Under the pieces are notes generated by a model. It saw nothing but the letters and a program-made list of their open reading frames with translations, ran no database searches and was not told the DNA's origin. A stretch of DNA of 64,000 bases from NCBI GenBank assembly GCA_016176295.1, contig JACOXN010000008.1, positions 4,638 through 68,637 on the forward strand, in the 5' to 3' direction. How positions within the stretch are numbered: the first letter of the stretch is position 1; every line of letters starts with the position of its first letter. Below, one piece after another: positions 41,543-49,631 of the stretch. Source of the DNA: Candidatus Giovannonibacteria bacterium. GTDB taxonomy: Bacteria > Patescibacteriota > Minisyncoccia > UBA11713 > 2-01-FULL-45-33. A program made the translations under genes and the position numbers.

Positions 41543-42130
41543 TCAGTTGTTTTTACCCATTATATCCTTTAAAACTTTCCGTGCGCGAAAAAGTTTCATC
41601 TTGAGCGCTCCGATGGAAATATCGTATTTTTTGGCTATTTCTTCGTATGGCCGGTCTTCTATATAGTGGTCCCGCAGGAGAGCGGCCGCGTCTTCCGGCA
41701 AACGGCTGATGGCGGAATTAATTTCGTCTTTCCGGTATACGTCGTCCAGTTCATTTTCCAGCGGCAAGCCCACGTCGGCCTCCTCCCCTTTCGCCAAAAT
41801 CTCGTCCAGGTATCCGACGTCTCCGAAAGTCCTTTTTATCTTCCGGTAATGTGTCAGCGAAGTATTGACCAAAATCCTCCAGGCCCAGCTTTTAAATTCG
41901 ATACCCTCCTGTTTTTTAAATCTTCCTGCGTAGAGATACATTTTTGTGAAAGTTTCCTGCACGATGTCTTCCGCTTCCTCCTGGCTATGCACAATGCTCT
42001 GGGCTTTTCGCAAAAAAGGCACCTGATACTTGTCTATCAATATTGAAAAAAGCGCCGGGTTTTCCATGGAACCGCGGAGAATTTCCTCCTCGGGTATATT
42101 TTGCGGAGCCGAATTCTTTTTCACGGGCAT
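41543..42130 (-). CDS. RNA polymerase sigma-70 family factor, ECF subfamily
   Basis: Region 2 is EEAEDIVQETFTKMY...FKSWAWRILVNTSLTHYRK. Region 4 is RPYEEIAKKYDISIGALKMKLFRARKVL. The start was chosen at MPVKKN; the track starts at 42145. Confidence 0.8.
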   Translation of the reverse strand: MPVKKNSAPQNIPEEEILRGSMENPALFSILIDKYQVPFLRKAQSIVHSQEEAEDIVQETFTKMYLYAGRFKKQEGIEFKSWAWRILVNTSLTHYRKIKRTFGDVGYLDEILAKGEEADVGLPLENELDDVYRKDEINSAISRLPEDAAALLRDHYIEDRPYEEIAKKYDISIGALKMKLFRARKVLKDIMGKNN

Positions 42131-42175
42131 TCCACAAATTAACACATTTAATGGATTTTTTCTACCTTGACACTA

Positions 42176-42538
42176 CTACCACAAAAGTTTTGTAATATAA
42201 CGCACTATTTCTTCTTTGGGAACGGGCCCGAGCGTGAAAGTTTTGACCCCGAATTGCTGGAGAACCGCCTGGTCTCCCCCTTCGATAAGCGAACCGATGT
42301 AGATGAACTCCGTTTTTGGGAGAGACGTACCGGCTTTTTTTACAAAATCCGTGATGCTCTGCCAATACACCGGCAGCATGAAAATTATCGCCTCGGGAGA
42401 AGTTTCTTTCGCTATTTTAAAGGCCTCCTCGAAACTTTCGGTGACATCCACTTTGAAGCCTTCTTTCCTCAAAATGGAATCAAATTCCCCGATATCTCTG
42501 TGGGTGCCGATGACTAAAATGTTTTTTTGAAGCGGCAT
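42176..42538 (-). CDS. receiver (REC)-like domain protein lacking the canonical acidic pocket and phospho-Asp
   Basis: 120 aa with CheY-like alternation (ILVIGTHRDIGEF...AIIFMLPVY...FIYIGSL). DD and the phospho-acceptor Asp appear to be replaced. Confidence 0.45.
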   Translation of the reverse strand: MPLQKNILVIGTHRDIGEFDSILRKEGFKVDVTESFEEAFKIAKETSPEAIIFMLPVYWQSITDFVKKAGTSLPKTEFIYIGSLIEGGDQAVLQQFGVKTFTLGPVPKEEIVRYITKLLW

Positions 42539-42657
42539 TAGAATTTAATTCTACCATATATACGAATTACCAATCATTTAAAACTTTGACTTTCTCCGGA
42601 AAAGCGATAAGTTTAACGTTAGAAGCTTAACATTGGGACGATTATAGGAGGCGCAAA

Positions 42658-44949
42658 TTGAAGGTTTTAAGGCTGGCGGTGAGAGTGATTCTGGTTAATT
42701 TTATCTTATTTACGGCCCTGTCGGCCGGAGGATTGGGGATTCTGTATTTCAAAGGATTTTTCACTTTTCCGGACTTTAACAAACTGAACGACACGAGACA
42801 GGCAAGCCGAATGTTCGACAGAAACGGCGAAGCTCTGCGGGCATATTGCAGTTTTTGCCGCGAGATATTGCCGCTTGAAGCCATGGGCGACCTGCCGAAA
42901 TACGCGGTCGAAGTGGAAGATCACCGATATTGGAAATTTACAAGACGATGGTGGCCATTTGATTCCATTGGTATCGTGAAAGCTATCTTCATAAATATAA
43001 CTTCGGGCAGGGTAAAAGCCGGGGCATCAAGCATCACTCAGCAGGTAACGCGCAATGCGCTTCTGGAAGACGAACTGCGCGTGCAGTACGAAAGCAATTC
43101 GGAGGCGGCAAAATGGTGGCGCAAGGGACGGGAAGCATGGATTGCGCCCATCGTACAATACAAATATGCGAGGAGTGAGATCCTTAAATTTTATCTCAAC
43201 TCGAATTTTTGCGGATACGGTCTGTACGGCGTATCGCTCTGCAGCTGGTATTGGTTCGATAAAAAAACTGGCGAGCTCAACCCAGCGGAAAAAGCCTGGC
43301 TTTTCCTTCTCTGGCGAAGCCCATCCTACGCACTTCTTGAGAACAAAGAGAATGCCAAGAAAGCACGAACAAGGGTGCTAAGCCAATTCGTAGAACGCCG
43401 ACTCATCACTGAGTCGGAACAAAAAAAATGGGACGCCTATCCCCTCCCGGAAGCGCGGCCGGCGCACACAAAAAATCCCGCTCCGAATTTCACCGAGTGG
43501 TTACGGCGCAACATTACCGCCAAAGGAAAACTTGTCGACATGGGGCTTACCATCCGCACGACCTTAGACGCTAATCTCCAGCGAACCACCCAGGAAGCGC
43601 TCCAAAAACAACTGGCGATAATGCGGGGAAAAAATCCTGAACTGACGGATCTCCGCGCCTGCGCGGTCATAATCCACCGCTCAAGCGGCGCAATCCTGGT
43701 CTGGGCGGAGGAACCTTCTTTCGCCGAAAACGAATTTTTACTTTGCAGCCAGGCCAATCCGCAGACAGGTTCGGCGATGAAACCACTGTTTTACGCTTTG
43801 TGGCTCAAAAAAGGAGGCCGGCTTTCGTGCTTAGACGAAGGAACCGGGCCATGCAGACTGGATGACTCCTCCGGAATAACGATATCCATGGGCGGAGGCA
43901 GAGCGCAGCGTATCCACAATTTTCCTTATGGAGGCAAGCTCGCCAGATACGTGGGCATTGCGGAGCCGCTTCTTTGTCTTACACAATCAAGAAACGCATG
44001 CACGATGAGCGGAGTTGACGGAACCTGGTACTCGAACGCCCAAAGATTCCATATTACCGAAGAGGACGGAAAAGTAAGGACGGAGCGTATCAGCAAGGAC
44101 GAAATGCTGGAGTTCGCCCGCGATATCGGCATCTCGCTTGAAATATACAAAGGGAATCTTGAGGAAGCGAGGAAACTCGGCATGCTCATTCGGCCCGCTC
44201 TAGCGGACAAATTGAACATATCCCGAGCGACCGTGGACCCCGGGCTTACGCTTCCCATCGGCTCTATAAACGTATCCCCGCTGGAAATGGCGCGGATGTT
44301 CGCGGCCCTTACCACCGGGTTCACTGTTGAGCCCTACGGCATAGAAATCATTCAGGACGCGTCGGGGCGGATAATTGAGCCAGAACACGCGCTCCCCAAG
44401 ATAATTTTCCCTAAGAAAATAACGAACGAAGTGACCATGAACGGCAAAGTCGTTCCGCTGGTCGAGGAAATAGTCGACGATAAGCTGCCGCTGGGAATCC
44501 TGCGCGGTTTGCGCGCCACGATAGAGCTTCCGCACGGAACTGGCCAGCGCGCCAAGCGCGAACTCAATTTCCAGGTCTGCGGAAAAACCGGAACGGCAAC
44601 CCGCAACACAAGAGACCCGATAACCGGAGAGGCAAAAGGCGAAACCACCGACAACTGGTTTGTAGGCTGCACTCCTTCGTACGTAATGGCCATCTGGATC
44701 GGGCGCGACAAAAAGCAGCCGTTAATGAAACCTGAATGGGAAGGAAGAACTTCCGGCCAATTCACCGGCGGAAGTACAGCCCTTCCGATATTCATAGAGG
44801 TGATGAGAAAACTGTATGAGACCGAGCCCATTGAAAAATTTCCCGAGGCCACGAACCCGGCCAAACCTTTCTTCTATCCGGCGCCGGCGGAAACCGATAC
44901 GCCGGAAAACGACGCCGAACAGCCTCAGGAAGAGACCAACAATTTTTAA
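42658..44949 (+). CDS. bifunctional class A penicillin-binding protein (GT51 transglycosylase + transpeptidase)
   Basis: 763 aa. TTG start 6 nt after AGGAGG. GT51 motifs EDHRYWKF and SSITQQVTRN. TPase motifs TGSAMKP (SxxK) and KTGTAT. Confidence 0.88.
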   Translation: MKVLRLAVRVILVNFILFTALSAGGLGILYFKGFFTFPDFNKLNDTRQASRMFDRNGEALRAYCSFCREILPLEAMGDLPKYAVEVEDHRYWKFTRRWWPFDSIGIVKAIFINITSGRVKAGASSITQQVTRNALLEDELRVQYESNSEAAKWWRKGREAWIAPIVQYKYARSEILKFYLNSNFCGYGLYGVSLCSWYWFDKKTGELNPAEKAWLFLLWRSPSYALLENKENAKKARTRVLSQFVERRLITESEQKKWDAYPLPEARPAHTKNPAPNFTEWLRRNITAKGKLVDMGLTIRTTLDANLQRTTQEALQKQLAIMRGKNPELTDLRACAVIIHRSSGAILVWAEEPSFAENEFLLCSQANPQTGSAMKPLFYALWLKKGGRLSCLDEGTGPCRLDDSSGITISMGGGRAQRIHNFPYGGKLARYVGIAEPLLCLTQSRNACTMSGVDGTWYSNAQRFHITEEDGKVRTERISKDEMLEFARDIGISLEIYKGNLEEARKLGMLIRPALADKLNISRATVDPGLTLPIGSINVSPLEMARMFAALTTGFTVEPYGIEIIQDASGRIIEPEHALPKIIFPKKITNEVTMNGKVVPLVEEIVDDKLPLGILRGLRATIELPHGTGQRAKRELNFQVCGKTGTATRNTRDPITGEAKGETTDNWFVGCTPSYVMAIWIGRDKKQPLMKPEWEGRTSGQFTGGSTALPIFIEVMRKLYETEPIEKFPEATNPAKPFFYPAPAETDTPENDAEQPQEETNNF

Positions 44950-44960
44950 CCAAATGAAAA

Positions 44961-44988
44961 CCCCGCTTCACTCGCGGGGATTTTTTTT
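44961..44988 (+). terminator. rho-independent terminator after the PBP gene
   Basis: CCCCGC-TTCACT-CGCGGGG-A-TTTTTTTT. It overlaps the 3' codons of the convergent minus-strand gene. Confidence 0.7.
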
Positions 44989-45681
44989 GCGAAAATCAGG
45001 TAAAACAAAAATATGAAAACAATTTGTATTTCCGGAAAGCTCTTCAATGGCTTCGACAGCGTCGGCTTTTTTCCATTGAACAAGCTCCCTTCTCATCCAG
45101 CTTATCTCGGCCAAGGCCATCCCCAGCCGAGAAATATCCATCGCGGCCCCGGTAAGATGGGCGGACCTGGAAAAAAGCGAAGCGCCGCTTGCAATGCTTT
45201 GCCGTAAACCCACAATGGCAGCCTGCCTAGGGGGGTCCCTTATAAGCCCGGTCAACCTCAGCTTTTTGCTGAAGTTTTTAAAATATTTTTCCGATAACAG
45301 TTCCAGAAACTCTCTGGCATACGGCCGGAGATACAAATATCCGTCCGATATTTCCTTTGAGTCGGCATAGTAATATGCCGCGTCGCGGGAAATTTTGACC
45401 AACAACCCGGCCTTATAAAATTTTCCGATGCTATCGGGACTTTGCATCCTTTCGATGCCGTAATTGTCGGCCGCTTCGTTTTGAAGCCTCAGAGAATCCT
45501 TGGAAGCAAGCAGCGGAGCATGCCATTCAGGCACCGGTTTGCTTATCTTCGGCTTGCGCTTCGGTCTGGGTTTCAGGCCGGATCTCGGTTTTTTTAAAGC
45601 TCCGAGCGCCATACCAGTTGAAAACAGGGCGAAAATTGAAGCGAACGCGAAACAACAGAATAGCCGCCGGTTTAATTCCAT
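44968..45681 (-). CDS. secreted LAS/M15-like peptidase-family protein
   Basis: 237 aa with a signal/TM. RSAHLTGAAMDIS (SxHxxGxAxD) and a later CFHIFV suggest a zinc D,D- or L,D-peptidase fold. Confidence 0.5.
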   Translation of the reverse strand: MELNRRLFCCFAFASIFALFSTGMALGALKKPRSGLKPRPKRKPKISKPVPEWHAPLLASKDSLRLQNEAADNYGIERMQSPDSIGKFYKAGLLVKISRDAAYYYADSKEISDGYLYLRPYAREFLELLSEKYFKNFSKKLRLTGLIRDPPRQAAIVGLRQSIASGASLFSRSAHLTGAAMDISRLGMALAEISWMRRELVQWKKADAVEAIEELSGNTNCFHIFVLPDFRKKNPRE

Positions 45682-45746
45682 AACGTGCTCCGTGTAAATC
45701 TATCTGCATCCTACCCTATCGGCATTAAAATTGATATAATGGAGGC

Positions 45747-45947
45747 ATGACAAAAGACGCAAAAGGCATGGCGGGAGTCCGTTCCCGCGACAAGCTTACC
45801 GGCCGGCTTCGCCGGAAACGTGCTGATACGAAAATAATCACTCTCGACAAAGATTACAAGCGCGACCTGTCTTCCAACGAAGACCTCCAGCTGGGTACAG
45901 TTCTCAAACGGAAGCGCAAGGGTTCTTTGAAAAAGCTCCTGAAATAA
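45747..45947 (+). CDS. hypothetical small basic protein (66 aa)
   Basis: Lys/Arg-rich ORF with no recognised family. Confidence 0.35.
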   Translation: MTKDAKGMAGVRSRDKLTGRLRRKRADTKIITLDKDYKRDLSSNEDLQLGTVLKRKRKGSLKKLLK

Positions 45948-45983
45948 AAAAACCGCATTCGCCTGCTGGCGGAGCGGAGTTAA

Positions 45984-46358
45984 TTATTTTCTTATAACAA
46001 GTTTGCTCGTGGCGACCTTGCCGGCTTTCCAGAACTTTTTAGCGTACTCCACAACAGGTTTAGGCTGGAAAGGTTTGCAGGTGAAAATGTTTATATAAAC
46101 GCAGCGCATTTTGGGAAGAAGATGCATCACGATATCCGAGGTCACTATGAATTGAAGCACCGAAGTGCCGTGCCAAAAAGGTATTTCGCTTTTTTGCGTC
46201 CACCAAAGCGGCCGGCCGTGCCTTTTCATTTTGGTCATACTGCAAACCTCGACGATGAACTCCTCCGTCCTCTTTTTTGACACATTCTTCCCCAAGTCAC
46301 AAGCATGGAGGTCGATTATCAGCTCCATGCCGTAATTCTTACTTTGAGATGTTTTCAC
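45984..46358 (-). CDS. S-adenosylmethionine decarboxylase (SpeH/SpeD class 1)-like protein, divergent
   Basis: 124 aa. GMELIIDLHACD and GTSVLQFIVTSDIVMHLLP..CVYINIFTCK parallel the SpeH pattern G..VI.ELWGCD / ..IISESHLTIHSFPE..ASIDVYTCG. The Ser is kept, while Glu and His are replaced. Confidence 0.5.
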   Translation of the reverse strand: MKTSQSKNYGMELIIDLHACDLGKNVSKKRTEEFIVEVCSMTKMKRHGRPLWWTQKSEIPFWHGTSVLQFIVTSDIVMHLLPKMRCVYINIFTCKPFQPKPVVEYAKKFWKAGKVATSKLVIRK

Positions 46359-46444
46359 TCCCGCCTCGCATACCGATTTTTATTTATCTAAAATAAAATT
46401 ATCATAAGAACCATATCTCATGCAAATTAATCAAGTATTTAAAT

Positions 46445-46603
46445 TTATTCCCTTACAGAATGTTTGATGATGTCCAAATTACAGCTTTTATGCTCTTTGC
46501 ACCAGGCTTCACACTTTTCCGCCATAGCCTTATCGGCGTACTTCAAGCCGCATTCATCGCATTGAAACAATTCCTTGTTTTTATTTTTTATGGATGTAAC
46601 CAT
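46445..46603 (-). CDS. small zinc-finger-like protein (52 aa; below the ORF-track cutoff)
   Basis: MVTSIKNKNKELFQCDECGLKYADKAMAEKCEAWCKEHKSCNLDIIKHSVRE, with CxxC...CxxxC...H spacing. Found by manual translation. Confidence 0.4.
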   Translation of the reverse strand: MVTSIKNKNKELFQCDECGLKYADKAMAEKCEAWCKEHKSCNLDIIKHSVRE

Positions 46604-46641
46604 TTAATTTGGTGGACCTCGTCTGTGCCAATTAGACCAGA

Positions 46642-47232
46642 TTACGGCTTTCCTTCAGCTATTACCAATACAGCCTCAAGCGCAGATGGTAATTCCTTAA
46701 TTCCGCTATCTCCGCCGAAGTGTCCTTTGCCGTGTTCAATCGCTGTTTTTGCTCCCAACCTTTGCTCAAAAAGTTCTTTGTTGTTTTGTGGCACAAATTC
46801 GTCATCGTCCGAAAACACGGCAAAAAACTTTTTGGTGTGTTGCTTCACTTTTCCAAAATCAATCGGGATTTCTAACCACGGCTTGACAATTTCTTTTTCC
46901 TCGTCGGTTTTCAAGTTCATAAGCGTAAACCAACCAGCCACGAAAATCGCGCCACCTGCCTTTTTGTCGGCTGGCAAACCCTCCAAATATCGAATGATTG
47001 TTTGGCAACCAATACTATGACCAACGAAAAAGGTATTTTCATCAACACCGCTGACAATTTTGGAAAGATGCGAAACCCACGCTTCTATTTTTGGCTCTGC
47101 TGGTTCTGGCATAGCCGGAACATGAACTTGAAAACCGTTTTTCTCTAGTTCTGTCTTTAGCCACGGAAACCAGCCCTCATCGGGGTAGCCATCCCAGCCG
47201 TGGATTATGAAAGCTCTTTTTTGCATAGACAT
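46642..47232 (-). CDS. alpha/beta serine hydrolase (YdeN/RBBP9-like)
   Basis: Start at MSMQKRAFIIHGWDGYPDEGWFPWLK. Nucleophile elbow FVGHSIGC. The upstream part of track ORF 46642..47343 overlaps tRNA-Ala and is not coding. Confidence 0.75.
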   Translation of the reverse strand: MSMQKRAFIIHGWDGYPDEGWFPWLKTELEKNGFQVHVPAMPEPAEPKIEAWVSHLSKIVSGVDENTFFVGHSIGCQTIIRYLEGLPADKKAGGAIFVAGWFTLMNLKTDEEKEIVKPWLEIPIDFGKVKQHTKKFFAVFSDDDEFVPQNNKELFEQRLGAKTAIEHGKGHFGGDSGIKELPSALEAVLVIAEGKP

Positions 47233-47261
47233 ATGTAAATATGAATAGTTTAAAGTGGATT

Positions 47262-47335
47262 TGGTGGACCTACCGAGAGTCGAACTCGGACTTGATCCAT
47301 GCCATGGATCCGTCATGCCGCTAGACCATAGGCCC
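47262..47335 (-). tRNA. tRNA-Ala (anticodon GGC), CCA encoded
   Basis: Acceptor GGGCCTA/TAGGTCC with the G3:U70 Ala identity pair. Anticodon arm GATCC-ATGGCAT-GGATC. T arm CCGAG-TTCGACT-CTCGG. 3' ACCA. Confidence 0.85.
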
Positions 47336-47398
47336 CAACACAAGTTATGTTAGCAATTTCCCTGAAAAAATAAAAGTCTGGCCAAAGCTGGCTTGCCG

Positions 47399-47719
47399 TT
47401 ATCTAACCGAGCTCCCCGGCGGAGCATCTCCCATGGGTGTAAGCAGCACGGGCTTTCCGCTGTCGTCGGCGGCTAAAAGCATGCCCTGCGACTCAAGACC
47501 CATCAGTATCCTCGGCTCAAGATTCGCAATAATAACAATGTTCTTTCCGACTATTTCCTCGGGAGAATAAATTTTTCCTATCCCTCCGATTATTTGTCTC
47601 TGCTCTTCCCCTAACGAAACTTGGAGCTTTAACAATTTATCCGAGCCTTCAATGCGTTCGGCCGAAATGACTTTCGCCACTTTCAATTCAACTTTTTTAA
47701 ATTCATCGTAAGTTATCAT
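47399..47719 (-). CDS. tRNA-binding domain protein (CsaA/EMAP-II-like)
   Basis: Start at MITYDEFKKVELKVAKVISAERIEGSDKLLKLQVSLG...IANLEPRILMGLESQGMLLAA. Confidence 0.8.
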   Translation of the reverse strand: MITYDEFKKVELKVAKVISAERIEGSDKLLKLQVSLGEEQRQIIGGIGKIYSPEEIVGKNIVIIANLEPRILMGLESQGMLLAADDSGKPVLLTPMGDAPPGSSVR

Positions 47720-47862
47720 GTGTTTATATACTGCACTGCTCGCCGAGCAAAACAACAGTGCATATCATTACGCTAAAAATTAATAATAAGAGTGAAAGAA
47801 TAAAAAAAATTAGCCAAGACGGATTTTTTCGGAATAATTTTATTATTATTTTTAACATTAAA

Positions 47863-48294
47863 TCAGATGAGCCCTGTAGTTCCGAATCCGCCGCGGGACT
47901 TATTGCCTAAATCATCCACTTCCTCCCATTCGACCCGTTCGTATTTCCTCAAAAAACCCTGTGATATTCTTTCCCCTTTTTCGATGGTAACGGGCATGTC
48001 GGAAAAATTATAGACCGCTGCATTGTATTCGTCATCATGGCCGGAAAAATCAGTATCGAAAATTCCGACGTTATTGGCAAGCATCAGCCCTTTTTTGTGT
48101 AGCGATGACCGCGCCAGCATAATTATCATATGGCTCTCGGGATGCTCTATCGCCACATTCAGGGGAATGTAAGACACCTGCTTGGGCTGAATTTCCGCAG
48201 TTACCCGGGAAACAAAATCAAAAGCCGCGGCTCCCGCTGTTTTATATTGCGGCAAAGGCAGAGTTTTATCGATTCTCCGGATACGGACTTTCAT
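47863..48294 (-). CDS. dut: dUTP diphosphatase
   Basis: 143 aa. AGAAAFDF, GIFDTDFSG and the C-terminal SRGGFGTTG match dUTPase motifs. Confidence 0.85.
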   Translation of the reverse strand: MKVRIRRIDKTLPLPQYKTAGAAAFDFVSRVTAEIQPKQVSYIPLNVAIEHPESHMIIMLARSSLHKKGLMLANNVGIFDTDFSGHDDEYNAAVYNFSDMPVTIEKGERISQGFLRKYERVEWEEVDDLGNKSRGGFGTTGLI

Positions 48295-48330
48295 ACCTTA
48301 ATATTAAATAAAAAAGACCCGATTGGGAAA

Positions 48331-49554
48331 TCAGGGCCTTTGGGACTTTTTTACTTTAACTTTTGAAAAACCGTTCCTCAAAAGGTCTTCTCTTAGGTCG
48401 GCAAACTCTTCCCGGCCAAGAGCGAGCCTGACGGTCGTGGGATGAATGCCGGCGGCCAGGCGGTCATTTGGCTCCATACAGCCATGAGTTTCCAGCCATG
48501 GCCCGATCACGAGGGACCTGGCCTCGCCGATGTTCGCCGCGTGGTCGAAAAGCTTTAGATGGTCCATGAAACGGCCGACATTACTTTCGTCGCCTTTCAG
48601 GTCGAACGAAAGCATGCCGCCGAAACCTTTACGCATGATCTGCCGGTTTAAAGGAGCCAGCGGCCCCAACGTGGGATAGTAAACTTTGTCTACCAAAGGA
48701 CTCTTCGAGAGGAACTCCGCCATGAGCTCGGCGTTCCGGCAATGTTCCTTCATCCGCGAAGAAATGGATTCGATATGATAAAGGAGTATGTGAGCGTTGT
48801 CCGGGGAAAGGCATGCGCCCGTGTTCCTAAAAGGCATCATGCGCATCTGGTCGATTATTTTTTGATCCTTGCCGTGGATTATGCCGGCAACCTCTTCCCC
48901 GTCGCCGATGTACTTGGTTATCGACTGGCCTATCCAATCCGCTCCCCACAAAAAAGGCTGATACAACACATGCGTCGCCAGAGTATGGTCCACCACCACC
49001 TGTATGTCGCGGCCCGCGGAATGCGCGAGCTGGGCCAACGGGCGGATGTCGAAAACATCTATCAAAGGATTGGACGGGTTTTCGATGTGGAATGCTTTGG
49101 TATTGGGCCGGATAAGACGTTCCCATTCGTTGACGTCGTGAGGGTCTTTGACAAAGCTTACCTCCACGCCATCCCTGGGTTTGATGACCCTGAAAAGATT
49201 ATCCACCCCGCCGTACACTTTCGGCGAAGAGATAATATGGTCCCCGCACTTGGTTAAAAAGCGATAAAGAACGTCTATCGCAGCCATCCCCGAAGCGGCG
49301 GCAAGAGCGGCATTGGAACCCTCCAAAATACACATCCTTTTTTCAAGGTTTTCGACAGTTTCGTTGCTGATGCGCGAATAGGCGTGCGCTTTTTTCTCTC
49401 CGGAAAAAATTTTAGCGCCGTTTTCATAGGTTCCCAACGGCTCGGCGACCACCCGCACGAGGCGCGGCCGGACGAATTTATCGGTAACCAGGCCTCCGCC
49501 GTGTATCTCATTGGTTTTCGCACTCAACGGCCATAGATCGGAACTTTTTACCAT
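48331..49554 (-). CDS. PLP-dependent Cys/Met-metabolism enzyme (methionine gamma-lyase / O-acetylhomoserine sulfhydrylase family)
   Basis: 407 aa. AASGMAAI, VVDHTLAT and the PLP-Lys region SITKYIGDG are typical of the trans-sulfuration family. Confidence 0.75.
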   Translation of the reverse strand: MVKSSDLWPLSAKTNEIHGGGLVTDKFVRPRLVRVVAEPLGTYENGAKIFSGEKKAHAYSRISNETVENLEKRMCILEGSNAALAAASGMAAIDVLYRFLTKCGDHIISSPKVYGGVDNLFRVIKPRDGVEVSFVKDPHDVNEWERLIRPNTKAFHIENPSNPLIDVFDIRPLAQLAHSAGRDIQVVVDHTLATHVLYQPFLWGADWIGQSITKYIGDGEEVAGIIHGKDQKIIDQMRMMPFRNTGACLSPDNAHILLYHIESISSRMKEHCRNAELMAEFLSKSPLVDKVYYPTLGPLAPLNRQIMRKGFGGMLSFDLKGDESNVGRFMDHLKLFDHAANIGEARSLVIGPWLETHGCMEPNDRLAAGIHPTTVRLALGREEFADLREDLLRNGFSKVKVKKSQRP

Positions 49555-49631
49555 ATCAATACCTCGCTCAAAAAATCTATACTCAAGCTAACGCATTGAT
49601 CCAAAAAATTCAATACAAACAAAAAAGCGGC

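Noticed and set aside
47233-47343. N-terminal extension of the hydrolase ORF (track start 47343)
   Set aside because: The extension overlaps tRNA-Ala (47262..47335) on the same strand. The conserved hydrolase sequence begins at MSMQKRAFIIHGW.
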